Source: the human T2T-CHM13v2.0 reference genome, Homo sapiens
DNA length: 64,000 nucleotides
NCBI RefSeq assembly: GCF_009914755.1
Contig: NC_060930.1
Strand: one strand, 5' to 3'
Every line of letters starts with the position of its first letter. Position 1 is the stretch's first letter. Under the pieces are notes generated by a model. It worked only from the letters and a program-made list of their open reading frames with translations. It did no database searches and was not told the origin of the DNA. The position numbers and the translations under genes were made by a program. Shown piece after piece: positions 1 through 15,522 of this stretch.

Positions 1-1562
1 AATTGTCAGTTCTAAGAAAATGCAGTGCTCTGGATGGGATGTACTATCAAAAGGGTCAAATCTATGCAACAATTGTGTAAGTTAACTAAATCGAATAAGA
101 CTAAAATATTTCCCTCGAATGTAACAAGCTGAAAATTAATTTAGTCCTTCCTGCATTCAGGCAACTGCAGGATTCCTTGACATACTGAAGTCATTTTTGC
201 ACACAGAAAGGGAAGTCTAGTTCGCTTGGATGGATTTTAGAGTTTCACTCAGATTTACAGGCCGATGCCAACCCTAGAGATTTAGCTTTGTTGTGGGACA
301 CAAAACAAATGTGGCTTAGTCACCAGAACATATTAATTCCTACAAAAATTCTGGTATATTTTCAGAAAGTACTGTGCCAAATTCTAGATATAAGGCCTTT
401 AATGGGGCTTAGGGAATGACACATTAATAGTGTAAAAATGGACAGTTTCAGGTATAGAGAAATATCCATATTTGTATATGAAGAAAGTACCTGCTCACAA
501 AGTTGTTATTGGAATCAGTGGCAAAAAAAGTAGACACTAGAGTGAATATATGGCAGGGTAGTCAGTGGAAATTGGGTAGTAAATCTCTTACTACAGTGTC
601 CAAGGGCCCATGCACTGTTTCAACAGGCCATCTGCTGAGCGGCAGGAGAGGGAAACTTGGGGGCTCATAAACAGCTCAGTAAAAGCTGTCTAGACACTTT
701 TCAGTCAACAGTAAATAAGCACTGACTACATTAATAGCACTAGGAGGTCCTCCAACTCTTATTGTTGTTGAAGGTTACCAGGTCTTAATAAAAGTAGGTG
801 GTGTAATCAGCGTTCTGTTAATAGAATCCGTTCTTAAAGTTTAGACCTGAGATGGACTTAGGAATCTGCAATTAACTCAATTGCCACTTGAATGAAAACT
901 CCAGGTAAGTAACAGGGCAGTCTTGTTTGGAGGAAAGCCAGTTTGGGTAGTTAGCTGGAGACTACACCCGGACTTTTGCTTCTAGCATTGCAGGGTGGTA
1001 ACAAAAAGTATCTTTATCACAGAGAGTAAGGGGTGAGTAAGGAGAGAGAGATGATCCAGTGCTTTACTACGATGTGATGAAGGTGTTAGTGACTCACTGA
1101 CACCATAGAAGCCTTGTCTTGGGCAGGAGAAAGGGGATATTATTGAGTGGGGTGTTGGCACTAAAAACAACATCTTGGCTTCCAAGGAAATTTTTCCATT
1201 TTCCCATATGCCAAAGAGGGTTTTATCTGATTACTCAGCTTCTTCTTTCCCTTCCTTCTCAGCACTGAATATGGTAATGTTTGCTACTCTAGATTCTTTC
1301 TTTGATTTTTTGATGCTGTAAATTGAAATAAAATGGAGAAAAGGATCTATGACTCTAAAAAGTAGATGAAACCAAGAGTGACTTAAGATAAGAGGTTAAA
1401 TTGATATACACAATGAAATACAGAGAAGGTGCAAAGTCATTAGGAGGAGGAGAGAAAGAGAGACTGGGGGAAACTTAGGAGATGTTTTTTACAAAGAATA
1501 CGTTAGTGGAGTAACTACAGAGACCACGAGAAATAGTTGGGACAGGATAGAAAATACATACA

Positions 1563-2129
1563 AGTGGCTGATCATATTTTCCAAAGATGGCTGCAACTTC
1601 TTGCATCCCACATGCTCTTCTGCAATATGACCTTGGCATTACCCTCATCAAGAGGGGGAGCCACATGTCTAATCTTCTGGGATCTGGACAGGGTCTTGTT
1701 GCTGTCTGACCAAGAGTACGATACAAAGGATGTCATGTGACTTTTGAGGCTACATCAGAAAAGGCTAAGTGGCTTCCACCTATTACTCTGGGGACATTGT
1801 TCAGAGTCCAGCTGCTCCCTCTCAGAACCCAGCTGCCATGCTCTGAGAAGCCCAACCACACAGGAAAGCAGTAATTTTTTGCCCAGTAGGAAATCTCAGC
1901 TAGGCCTAGTCTTTGAGTCATTTTAATGAAGGCATTAGATATGAGAAGCTTCCAGGTTATTCTAGCCCAAAGCCAACTGGGCATCAAGTCATTGTGGAGC
2001 AGATACACCCATCCTTACTTCGCCCATTTGAATTCCTGAACCACAGAAACTATGAGCCTAATAAAATAACTGTTTTTATGCCACTGATCTTGAGGTAGTT
2101 TATTATGCAACAATAGATAACAGGAAGAG
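1563..2129 (+). mobile_element. MLT1-family (ERVL-MaLR) solo LTR, old
   Basis: Starts near ccaaagatggctgc; ends gccactgatcttgaggtagtttattatgcaacaatagataacaggaaga, a typical MLT1 3' end; boundaries approximate. Confidence 0.7.
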
Positions 2130-2477
2130 TAATGCTGCACATCTGTATTCCCCTAATGATCTTGATGAGATTTAGTAAAGATGGAATTATCCTTTAATTA
2201 CATTTGGTTGTTGAACAGTGCTTATTGAAAATATTGTAGTTTGGAAGGCTGCACTAATCAGAACGGTTACTAATGTAGTGAACTTGATTTTCAGTTCAAT
2301 TCAACTAGCATATGATTAGTGATAAACATGTAAAAAGCACTCACTAGACATTCTGATCTTGATTTTATTATTTTATTATCTATTTAAAAATCAAATTTCT
2401 AACCAAGAAATATTCTTGACATAGTGGTCCTTGAAGGACCAACTTTGAGCTTTAAGATCTAGAAAAAAAATGCTTAC

Positions 2478-2849
2478 TGATATGGTTTGGCTTTGTGTCC
2501 CCACCCAAGTCTTATCTTGTAGCTCCCATAATTCCCACGTGTTGTGGGAGGGACCCAGTGGGAGATGACTGAATCATGTGGGAAGGTCTTTCCTATGCTG
2601 TTCTTGTGATAGTGAATGGATCTCACAAGACCTGATGGTTTTAAAAATGGGAGTTTCCCTGCGCAAGCTTTTTTAAAATTTTTGCCTGCTGCCATCCACG
2701 TAAGATGTGACTTGCTCCTCCTTGACTTCTGCCATGATTGTGAGGCCTCCCCAGCCATGTGGAACTGTAAGTCCAATAAACCTCTTTCTTTTGTAAATGT
2801 CTCAATCTCTGTTATATCTTCATCAGTGGCATTAAAATAAACTAATATA
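2478..2849 (+). mobile_element. THE1 (THE1A/B-like) solo LTR
   Basis: tgatatggtttggc...ccccacccaa start; gccatgattgtgaggcctccccagccatgtggaactgtaag core; aactaatata end. Confidence 0.92.
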
Positions 2850-3678
2850 CTTTGGATCACACAAATATCTTTTTGGTGCAAACCCATTATCAAAGTCTAT
2901 GATATATTACTGATGAAAGAATTCTAGTAAATGTGTTTCAGAAAACTAACTTTGGACCACCTCATTATGCATACAAGTAAAATTTGTGAAAATTTATGTG
3001 TCTATGGAAAATCACTTCACATTTTTCGTGAATCCTAAACTTTTACTAAAATATATTTGTGGTATTAACAATTATTTTCAAGTAGTTCTTCGATTTTCTC
3101 AACATGGATTTTTTTTTTCCAGTTGCTTTTCACTCTTTCTAGCAGCTGGTCTGGTCTGCTGTTACCTGAGGATTTGAACCTTCACCAGCTGCTGTAAAAA
3201 GATTGTGATCCAGTCTATGTAACTCTGGTTGAGGAAGACTGTTCTAATCAAAAGCCTAAATTGGACTTTATTTTTCCCAAAATCCGGAGAGCAATTGGCA
3301 CGTCATAGTGAATTTTGAAACTCCTGTTATATCCCAAGGTCTCATAAATAAAATTTTCTACTACTATGTCCCCAAATAAATGGTTATTATTACATTTTAA
3401 TGTATCTTAATGGGCACACCAAGAACTAAATATGAAATCATTCTATTCTGCCCAAGAATATCAAGATGAATCAGAAACCAGTCTTATATGACCATAGAGG
3501 ATGTTAAAGAAAGTTCTTTCTTCAAATGAAAATGTATTTTTTTTATCTGTATAGCAAGGTCAAACATCTTACGGAATATAAGCTTCTTTCAAATCAGAAT
3601 TACAGAAATACAAAACTCTTCTTCAAGTTAATTTTTTAAATTTCCTCCAAAGTTTGCATAAAGCAAGATGTAACAACT

Positions 3679-3770
3679 CTTTGAAAGCAGGGTTCTTACT
3701 GTTACTTCAATTTAGCACCACATCTGGCTCATAGTAGGCCTCAAATTTTTTTCCTTAAAATGAATTGAGT
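3679..3770 (+). mobile_element. L2 3' end fragment
   Basis: ctttgaaagcaggg...tagcacca...ctggctcatagtaggcctcaaa...aatgaattga resembles the L2 terminus. Confidence 0.55.
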
Positions 3771-3987
3771 AGCACATAGAGCTAAATCCTGAGTTCCACA
3801 TGTGAACAATATTGACTAATGTGAGAGCCAGGCACTGCCCCCAGGCCCTGCCAATAAAAAGTAAATCACTTCCTTTTTTACTGGAAATTTCAAAACTGTA
3901 AGCCTCTAACTTAGTACCCATAGTATACATATAAAATTTTAGTTACACTGCACTAGAAACCTGGAGAATCCCTAAAATCTCATTGTT

Positions 3988-4966
<979 letters not shown>

Positions 4967-5124
4967 TCTCATTGTTAATACAATTAATTTGGGAGGACAA
5001 GAAGGAGAGAGCCCTTTGAGCTCATAAAGACCTATACAAAGCCAATCTGATGTGAGTATGGCCCAGCATTTGAGGTCCTGAGAGTGGGACTAACCAGGTG
5101 AACACCTAAGGTCAACCTCAACCA

Positions 5125-5248
5125 TGCATTCATTTATTCAAAAATGTTTCTTGAGCGCCTACTGTGTGCCTGCACTGAAATAGGTGCTGTGATAAAGTAG
5201 ATAATATAGGTGACGTGATCCTTTTCCTCACAGGTTTACAATCCCAAT
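5125..5248 (-). mobile_element. L2 3' fragment
   Basis: cattcatttattcaaaaatgtttcttgagcgcctactgtgtgcc... Confidence 0.65.
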
Positions 5249-5254
5249 CATGGT

Positions 5255-5485
5255 TTGATAGGCAACAATGTGAGACCTTGACTCTACAAAATATTAAAAA
5301 AGTAGCTGGGTGTGGTGGCATACACCTTCGGTTCCAGCCAAGTGTGATGCTGCTGCAGGAGGATCACTTGATACCAGGAAGTCGAGGCTACAGTAAGTCG
5401 TGTTTGTGCCACTGAATTCCAACCTGGACAACAGAGCGATATCCTATCTCAGAAAAAAAGAAAAGAAAAGAACAGAAAGGAAACA
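5255..5485 (+). mobile_element. 5'-truncated old Alu (AluJ-like)
   Basis: Linker plus right monomer with gaggatcacttga/gaggctacagt AluJ-type features; (gaaaa)n tail. Confidence 0.85.
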
Positions 5486-5819
5486 AGGAGACTCAGTAGT
5501 TTCTGGGTTAGAGTTAAAATGGACAAATTGTTCAGCCTGAATTGTGGGCTTTTAGTGGGGGAAATTCTGACAATTAGAAATGAAAAACAGGAATTGGTAG
5601 AAAAAAGAAACAATTATTAAAGCTAGTTTAAATATGCTCAATATATAAAAGAAGCTATAGTGTTAAAACCAAAATAAAAATAGTACATAAAGTATGTTCT
5701 AAAAGTTACTATTTTGCCCATATGAGTTTTCAATATTGTTTCTAAAAGTACTGTAAAGTGACCAATGTGTGAATCTAGGAGTGGAGTTATTAGCTTCCTG
5801 GATATATACGATATAAGGT

Positions 5820-6102
5820 GTTTTTTTAAAAAATTATTTCAATAGTTTCTAGGGTACAGGTGGTTTTTGGTTACACAAATAAGTTCTTAGTGGTGATTCC
5901 TGAGATCTTTAGTGCACCCATCATGTCACCCAAGTAGTGTACACTGTACTCAATATGTAGTCTTTTATCCTTCGGCCCCCTCCCAACCTTCCCTCTCAAG
6001 CCCCCAAAGTCCACTATATCATTCTTATGCCTTTGCATGCTTATAGCTTAGCTCCTACTTACAAATGAGAACAGATTATATTTAATTTTCCATTCTTGAG
6101 TT
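5820..6102 (-). mobile_element. L1PA13-16/L1PB 3' end
   Basis: tttcaatagtttctagggtacaggtggtttttggttac...cattcttatgcctttgcat, the antisense 3'UTR. Confidence 0.88.
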
Positions 6103-6336
6103 TAAAACTGGATTTTTTTAATATAGACAAAAAAGAGTTTTGGAAAGGCATATGGCAGGGTGGGGGTGGGGTGACATATTGTATAATATATCTGGCTTTT
6201 CTGTGTTTTCTGTCCTGGACCTCAGGTGGCGCAGTTTGTCTCATATTTGTGGACTGCTGTAGAACTCTTATTTGGTTTCCTGGTTAGTGCTATATGGGAA
6301 GTCATATGAGTCACATGAGAGGTTGTCTGTGACTCA

Positions 6337-6436
6337 AGAAGAGAAAAAAGGAAGAAAAAAAGAATGAAGGAGGGAAGGAAAGAAAAGAAGAAAGAAGAAA
6401 AGAAAGAAAGGAAGGAAGAAGGAATAATGGAAAAAA
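6337..6436. repeat. GA-rich low-complexity tract
   Basis: (gaaa)n/(ggaa)n run. Confidence 0.85.
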
Positions 6437-6975
6437 CAAAGCCAGTTAAGATCCATTTTGGGAAACTGAACACAAGCCATACTGTGTTTGACAATGAAAC
6501 TGTATGCAAAGCCCGGCTCAACCCACTTCTGTCATTCACTAGATACAATATAAGGCAGGGTAGGCTTTGGTATAGAAGAAGTGCCCCAGGATCTATGGAC
6601 ACAAACTAAAGCAGGTTTTAATTATAATGAGGTATGAAATTGGATTAATAGTGAGTTAACTAAGAACAACAGATAACTTTCCATGAAATAGATACTTTCA
6701 AGATCACTTGGAAAGGACAGATTTGGAGGGGGAAAAGATGTATGAAGCATTTAATATGGAAAATGCATTATCAAATAACCCAGTAATTTTGGTTTTCTCA
6801 CAATATAATAATTCCTTGATAATATATTGCAGAATAGAATTTCTAAAATGTCATAATGACAAATGGACCTACAGTGAGTGTGGGGTAAAGATGCTGTTCA
6901 GTTTGGAGGACAATTACTAGGGTTGTTCATCTGTAATTAAAGAGTCTTTGGGCTGAAGAGAAATTCTCCCTTTAT

Positions 6976-8281
<1,306 letters not shown>

Positions 8282-8539
8282 AGAAATTCTCCCTTTATCT
8301 CATCTGTAAAGTATAGCATTGACCCTAAAGAGTAGATCTTAGGTGATTTTGAAAAGGGACCAACACCGCTATAAAATGCATCACAGAGACCCTTCATTCC
8401 AAACAGTTGTATAAAATAAGCTGCTTTCTCCTGTAATACTTTGGATATGAGCTGTGTTTTAGGGGAAAGGATGGATAACAGATCCTTTGAAAGTATCATT
8501 GCACTGATAGTATGAATTAAATGTGAAGCAATTCACAAA

Positions 8540-8990
8540 CTATTTGTAACATTTACAACAAATAATTCAAAGAGTTAATGTCCAAATGAATGAAGACCTC
8601 TAAAGCAACAAGTAAGCCACAGACACCTCAACAGAAAAAAGATGAAGGATAAAAATAGGAAATTCATGGAAGAAACAAAAATACTTCATAAAACATGTGA
8701 AAAGTAACCAGGAAATTCACATTTTAAAAATTAGATTTTTTTCTCATGAGATTGGGGAAAAAATAAGAGCTTATTGATAACTATTGATAGTTATGGTAGG
8801 AGAAAATGGGTACTCGCATATATTTTTGGTAGGAATTTTGTAGCTTTATTCAAGGTCAATTGGTAGTATTGAAGTTAAAATGAACCTCTCTCTCAAGTCA
8901 TGATTTAACTTTAAGCTATCAATCTCAAAGAAATGCTCACATGAAAACCCAAAGAAGCATGGACGAAAATGCTCACTACTGAATAGTGGA
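8540..8990 (+). mobile_element. Old L1M (L1ME-like) ORF2-end/3' fragment
   Basis: Degenerate similarity, e.g. aaagagttaatgtccaaa, ataggaaattcatggaagaa. Confidence 0.5.
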
Positions 8991-9249
8991 TGTGGATATG
9001 AAGTTATATTACATGGTCTTATCCTCAGGGAGTTTATGTGGTTAGGAAGTTAAGACTTGTACCTAAGGAAATTAAAACCAGAATATTTAAATGTTCCAAT
9101 CCAAGCAATGTGTAAATACGTGGAAGGAAAGAAAGATAATTATGATGTGGGTTTCATAAGGAAGATTTTGTCTAGAAAGTAAAACGTCTGGTTAATAAAA
9201 CTGTATACCTAGTTATTATTAAAAAGTGAGCATTTATTAATTAAAACCT

Positions 9250-9356
9250 AAGTTTTATGAAGTCAGGTTTTTGTTTATTTTATTTCTTGCTCCTCCGCAA
9301 AACCTGGAACAGTGCCCAGCACAGAGTAGGCAATGAGAACATATTTCTTGAAGAAA
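9250..9356 (+). mobile_element. L2 3' end
   Basis: acctggaacagtgcccagcacagagtaggc...atatttcttgaa. Confidence 0.6.
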
Positions 9357-9427
9357 TTTAGTAATATAAAACTGTATAAAATATTTTAAAAAAGAAAGTT
9401 TTTAGATATAAAGACAAATAAAATGAC

Positions 9428-9519
9428 AACAAAAAGCAAAAAAAAACCCCCCCAAAAAAAAACCCACAACAGAAAGCAAAAAAAAAAAAAAAAAAAAAAA
9501 CCCACAACAAAAACCAAAA
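9428..9519. repeat. A/C-rich low-complexity tract with long A runs
   Basis: aaaaagcaaaaaaaaacccccccaaaaaaaaacccacaac... Confidence 0.85.
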
Positions 9520-10119
9520 TAACCATAGGATTATTCGTGCACCATTATTATAGGCAGGCAAGAATAATAATAACAGCTGAATAACCGTGTAATACTTTGT
9601 TCTATTTTGTGAAATATGCATCTAAAATCATTTAAAATGACAGATAATTTTATCATTTTAAAAACGAAATAAACTCAAAACAATTCTCAAAGGAGCCCTA
9701 AAAGCAGTATGTTTACGTATTAAAATAGTATTCATCTCTTTACATTCTACATTAAAGTAATTGTCTGCTGTTTTTATAAATAACATGTGTCTAAGCTGTC
9801 AGTTTACTAAATGACGTTATCATTCTTGTTATATCCCAAACCAAACTTTGCTAGAAAATTTATGTCTAACCTTGCTCTATTAAAAAGAGTGGTTGTGATT
9901 TCTTGTTTTTATTTGTAAAAGTATATATCAAGGATGTTGTGTTATCATACGCTAAAGAGAAAGAGTTGTCAAATCATGATATTGAAGTCCCTTAGAGATT
10001 TTCTACTCCCATTCATTTTTATTAATCTCCTAAATGGGGAAGCCAAGACTCAGAAAGGATGACTTACAGAGGCTTCAAAATCAAAAGGACTTATGTATGA
10101 AGCAGTTGTGTACATTAAC

Positions 10120-10290
10120 TGCAGAAGCCCAGAGATGTTTATAACCTCTCTGGGCTTCAGTTTTCCCACTTATAAAATGGGCATAATAATACCTTCCTTT
10201 CCAGGTTTGGGAATAAAATGAGATAATATATGTAGTGTACTTATCACTATGCTGTAGACATTTATTCCCTCAGTAAACAGTATTATACAC
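10120..10290 (+). mobile_element. MIR
   Basis: Core acctctctgggcttcagttttcccacttataaaatgggcataataatacc. Confidence 0.8.
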
Positions 10291-10765
10291 AATGATAATG
10301 TTAGTTACTGTTGTTAGTAGCAGCAATGCTCAAGGTGACACACCTTATGTGGAGTAACTGGTACAGTTGGGGACAACCTGAGCTAAGCATCATTTAGTCC
10401 ACTCATTTTCTAATTAATGATGCATCAAAACGAATCAAATGTTTACAAGTGGAATAAATGATAGTACACATCAAGTGAATACAAAACATCTAGGTGAGTA
10501 TACAGCACATATTTCTAGAGGAAAATGACAAAATTTTAGGAGCAGGCACTTTCCCGAGTTTATAACCGTACATGTAACTCTCAGTATTGGTCATAACATT
10601 TTCTACTTTTTTTATTGTCAAAAATATGCTGGTTTGCGTTTGCTGCCCCAGCATAATTATTAACAATGTTTTATATTAATTTCAAAAGTATTCCAGATTA
10701 GATAGTAAATTATATAATAATTCTAGGCTTAAAACAAATATATGGTCTCTAACTGACACAGCTTA

Positions 10766-11121
<356 letters not shown>

Positions 11122-13532
11122 TTAGTGTGGCCTCATGATGAGATATATTTTACCAGTGTTAGTCCATTTAGAAGTTAAATCTCCATTGAATGGGACTTAA
11201 AGTCTAAGAAAGAAAAAGTAATAAGTCATCTACAACACATAATTGGAGATTTTATTAATTATGTCAGAACACCTTATCAAAGCGTTAAGTGGTAACATTC
11301 TTGCATTAAAAGTCTTTAAAATCAAATGGTTCATTGGTATGTAGTACCATAAACCCAAATGGGAACTGAACAAGAATTTTCATTTCCTTTTAAAATAAAA
11401 GTTTATTGGTTACATATTAATATCTGTGGAAAGCTACAGAACTTGCCTAAACATATCCTAGGAATATAAACTGTTAATAAATAAGGTGCTGCCAAACCAA
11501 GGCAGCCTACCTTGTCATTATCAATCTGGTTTCCTAAAATACTTTCTTGCCTCTAATACATCATTAGTCAGGTAGATAAAGCCATTTTTTCTTTCTGACA
11601 GGTTAGAGCCCTGTATTCCAGAAAGAGGTGCATTATTAGCTAAGAAATTGATCATAATCTTGAACTTGTTGAAGTTTACCTCTGTATATGGGTAAATGAA
11701 TACATATTTGTGGAAGTGTTTCCAAAGAATTTTGTGCTAATAATTATTCTGTTAGATGCCTATACTTCTTAAATTGTCCTAAGGTAAACTTTCACCATCG
11801 TTCTTCAAAAAATTCTTTTTCAAAAGCAACTTTAAGCCATTAGATTTTCTCTCCATCATTAAGAAGTTCACACTCTGGTGTGGGGCAATGAATAATGAAG
11901 ACACAGAAGCCCAGAGACAAATAGAGACAGGCAGAGGCTGTGAATTTTCCACAAATTGGATCCCTGTGAAACTGGGTTGTAATAGAATAAACAGTAGATA
12001 AACATAGTTTGCATTCAGAAAAATCAAGAGAAATAATCCAGAAAATAGGTTTTTTTTTCAAACAGAAAAGCAAATTTTAGTGTTATGTAGTTAATAATAA
12101 TTATTAAAATAATATTACTATCACAGACCAGGTGCTGGAGCAACATTGCTTTATTGCAGAGGTCTTCACTGTCAATAGGAGTTTCTTGCAAAATCTTAAG
12201 CAATAAGTCAGCATTCGCAATTTAGTTTTTGAGCAGAGGCTGAAGGTCACAGACACAGAGCATTAAAGGATCAGGCTAACATCATAACCCTTAGTGTTAT
12301 ACTGGGATCACTGGATATCCACAGTGAAGGTTTTTCCTCATTCTCTATTCAGCACCAACTAGAATCAGGCCATTTCATTGCACATAGAATTATGCAGCTA
12401 AATTTCCAGGCTTTTTGTGAAATATTAAAGCTTTCTATGTTTGTAAGTTTCTGAATCCCCTTTGTTTATTTAGGTTTTTATGCCTGTGAGCAGAGCTGTC
12501 AGAAGAAGTTAGTTTTTAAAAGATTACACAGAAATGGGAAAGCAGGAAGCCAGAACAATCAAGTCAGCATCATTTTTTATTCAACCACCCAAGGAATGAT
12601 ATTGTTAAGGATCTCAGAGTGTATTGCCTAGAGAAAGGGAGAGGGGAAAAAAAGCATTAGATTCTGCTGGAAGAGTGTTTAAAATGAGGCATTCCCTTTT
12701 CTTTCAGTTAAGAAATTCATCTACATATATTTTATAACCAAATGTTGCCTGTAATGATGACTTTTCACAGAAGTATGTAATTAAATGATGCACATTATAA
12801 AAATAATGACTGAAATAAAGAACGAATTCACAGTTTGGGGATTCTCTTAATAAATCCTGTGTGACAGATGCCAATTATGATCATTGCAGCTGCCTAATTT
12901 GCTTTCATGTTCCTCTCTATCTCACTTTTCACTCACAGTTTTGGTATCTTGCCCTTTTTTGTACATCTTTTCAATTATCTCTGGTTTGAATCATTCCCCA
13001 ATCACAAGAAGGATCGGCCTAGTCCCAACCCACATTCAAGAGATGTCTTTGAAATGTCAACTTCCCTTATCAAAGAGGGTTGAGGATAAATCTCAGCCAA
13101 GTCTCCCAAGAAGGACGAGCAGTACTCAGGACTCTTCTCTAAGTCCTCCGTGATTTTCTGGCTTCCTTAAGGTGATCATTCTCTAAGGCTCTCAGGACAT
13201 TCCCCTGTTGCAGGACTTACTTTTTAAATAATATTGCAGTTGTCTGTTTACTTTCCCCTCTTCCTATTATGCTCTAAGAGAGTAAGGATTATGTGTTTCC
13301 TTCATTGGAATATTTGAAATCCTAGGACCTATCTGTGTCAAACATATAGTTAACCTCTATAAATATTTGTTGAAGAAAGGAATGAAGGCATTGATTAATC
13401 AATTAGCTAATTAACTAGGAAGCTACTGGAGATAATACTTTTGGAAACTGTTTACTCTCCTGACGTATAATTAGGGACCAATTGAAACTGTTTCTAGCTC
13501 ATTTTATCTGTTTATTGACATATCAGGTATAA

Positions 13533-14560
13533 CATTCATTTGTTCATCAACAAGAAAAGGTATTACCTATTATCCAGCAGGAACTATTTTAACCCATTTA
13601 TGCCTATTTGTTCTTTGACAAGAAAAGGTACTTATTGAGTACGTATTATGCAGAAGGAACTATTTTAACCTATTTATGCCTGAGGTGCAATTTTTTGAAT
13701 TTTTGCAATCAGACCTTGGCAATGACCTTGAGCAGTAGGATATAAATAACTCTCACATGCTTAGCGCTCTAATAATGGAACACTAGGCTAAATGGGTAGT
13801 ACCAGGGAAAGAGTGGTCAACAAAACAAACCAAATGTCCTATCTTCCAGGACCCTAGAAATGGTTTGGCAAAAATTAGAATAATAATGTAGGAACTCATA
13901 GAATATGGTACTTTCGATTGTGAGTTAGTGGGAGGCATCTCAGGGAAGATAACTATTTGAGCAGAGACCAAAATGAAGGGGCAGACTAAGTGAACATATA
14001 GGGGAAGAAAGTTCTCAGCTTTTGTCCAGAGAAAGATATGGAATCTTTGTACGGTTTTGAACAGAAGACTACTGTGGTATGATTTCCACTTTTAAAGGAT
14101 TCTTCTGAATATTATGGAGAACAGAATGACATCAGGAAGACTTGTAGAGGACTACTACCATTATTTAGAAGACAGCTGATGGTTTGGTGTGAAACTGCTG
14201 TAGTGGGGGTGGCAAAATGTTGTAAACGTAAAATATATTTTGAGGATAGAACCAACAGAATGGACTAGATATGCAATATGAGATAAAGTGGAGTCAATAA
14301 TTCCTCTATTTTTCTTCCTGATCAGCAATTGGGTGAATGAAGTTGGCATTTATTGTGATTAGGAATACTAGGGAATTAGGAGTCTAGTTAGTTTCTGGTT
14401 AAGTTTGAGATGTCTATTTGACATCATAACAGAGATGTTAAGTAGGGAGTTGATTATGAAGCCAGAGTTCAAAGTTAAAAGTCTGGGCTGGAGATATAAT
14501 TCCTGATGCCATCTGCATACCAATATTGCTGGAGTAGAAAGATCACCACCTGGGAAATGA
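13533..14560 (-). mobile_element. L2 fragment interrupted by MER85
   Basis: cattcatttgttc...ttattgagtacgtattatg; tttgagatgtctatttgacatc...ctgggctggagatataat. Confidence 0.7.
13669..13796 (-). mobile_element. MER85 (PGBD3-derived piggyBac MITE)
   Basis: TTAA at 13665-13668; TIRs cctatttatgcct and aggctaaatggg; body gcaattttttgaatttttgcaatcagaccttggcaatgaccttgagcagtaggatataaataactc matches the recalled MER85 consensus. Confidence 0.92.
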
Positions 14561-15013
14561 GTTTATTCATGATCTCTAGTTAAATGTTCTGTGCTGTCTT
14601 TGGACCTTTTAATTTTTTTCTTGGTATGATTTTTCATCCTAAAGACTAATTGTTTTCAACCTCAGTTTAAATGTCATTTTCTCATGGAGGCCTTTCCTGA
14701 CTTTCTAGAGAGATGAAATACAATTTCTATAAATGCCAGTATCACTGGCATTACTACTTAGCCCTGAGTAACACACATTGCATTTCGGTAACTTGACAAA
14801 AAGTATTATGTTGCATGATACTTGAAGTCAGGTGTTGTTTTATTTTAGTGTACACAGTTCCTAATCCAGTACAAGTGTATCATTGGTCTTCAGTAACCTT
14901 TTTGTTAAACTCAATTGCATTGTGATATAGTTTGGCTCTATCCCCACCCAAATCTCATATTGAATTGTAGTTCCTACAATCCCCGTGTGTCATGGGAGGG
15001 ACCCAGTGGGAGG

Positions 15014-15024
15014 TAATTGAATCA
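15014..15024 (+). promoter_or_regulatory. DUX4-type motif TAATTGAATCA in THE1 LTR
   Basis: Exact motif in sequence; THE1/MaLR LTRs are known DUX4 targets; occupancy at this site unknown. Confidence 0.5.
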
Positions 15025-15522
15025 TGGGGGCGGTTACCTCCATGATGTTCTCATGATAGTGAGTTCTTGCAAGATCTGATGGTTTTATAAGGGGATTTTC
15101 CCATTTTGCTTGGCACTTCCCCTTGCTGCCACCAAGTGAGGAAGGACGTGTTTGCTTCCCCCTCCACCATGATTGTAAGTTTCCTGAGGCCTCTCCAGCC
15201 CTGCAGAACTGTGAGTCAATTAAATCTCTTATAAATTACCCTGTCTTGGGTATGTCTTTATTAGCAGCATGAGAATGGACTCATATAGTAAATTGGTACC
15301 AGGAGAGAGTGGGTTGCTGCTGTAAAGATACCCAAAAAATGTGGAAGCAACTTAGGAACTGGGTAACAGGCAGAGGTTGGAACTGTTTGGAGGGCTCAGA
15401 AAAAGATTAAATGTGGGAAAGTTTGAAACTTCCTAGAGACTTGTTGAATTGCTTTTACCAAAATACTGACAGTGATATATGATATATAACAATAAAGTCC
15501 AGGCTGAGGTGATCTCAGATGG

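Noticed and set aside
760-910. Possible exon ending in a strong donor ccag|gtaagt at 904/905
   Set aside because: No convincing acceptor, reading frame or partner exon; isolated splice motifs are common
6222-6609. 126-aa hydrophobic and 81-aa K/E-rich ORFs
   Set aside because: Translations of a GA-rich low-complexity tract
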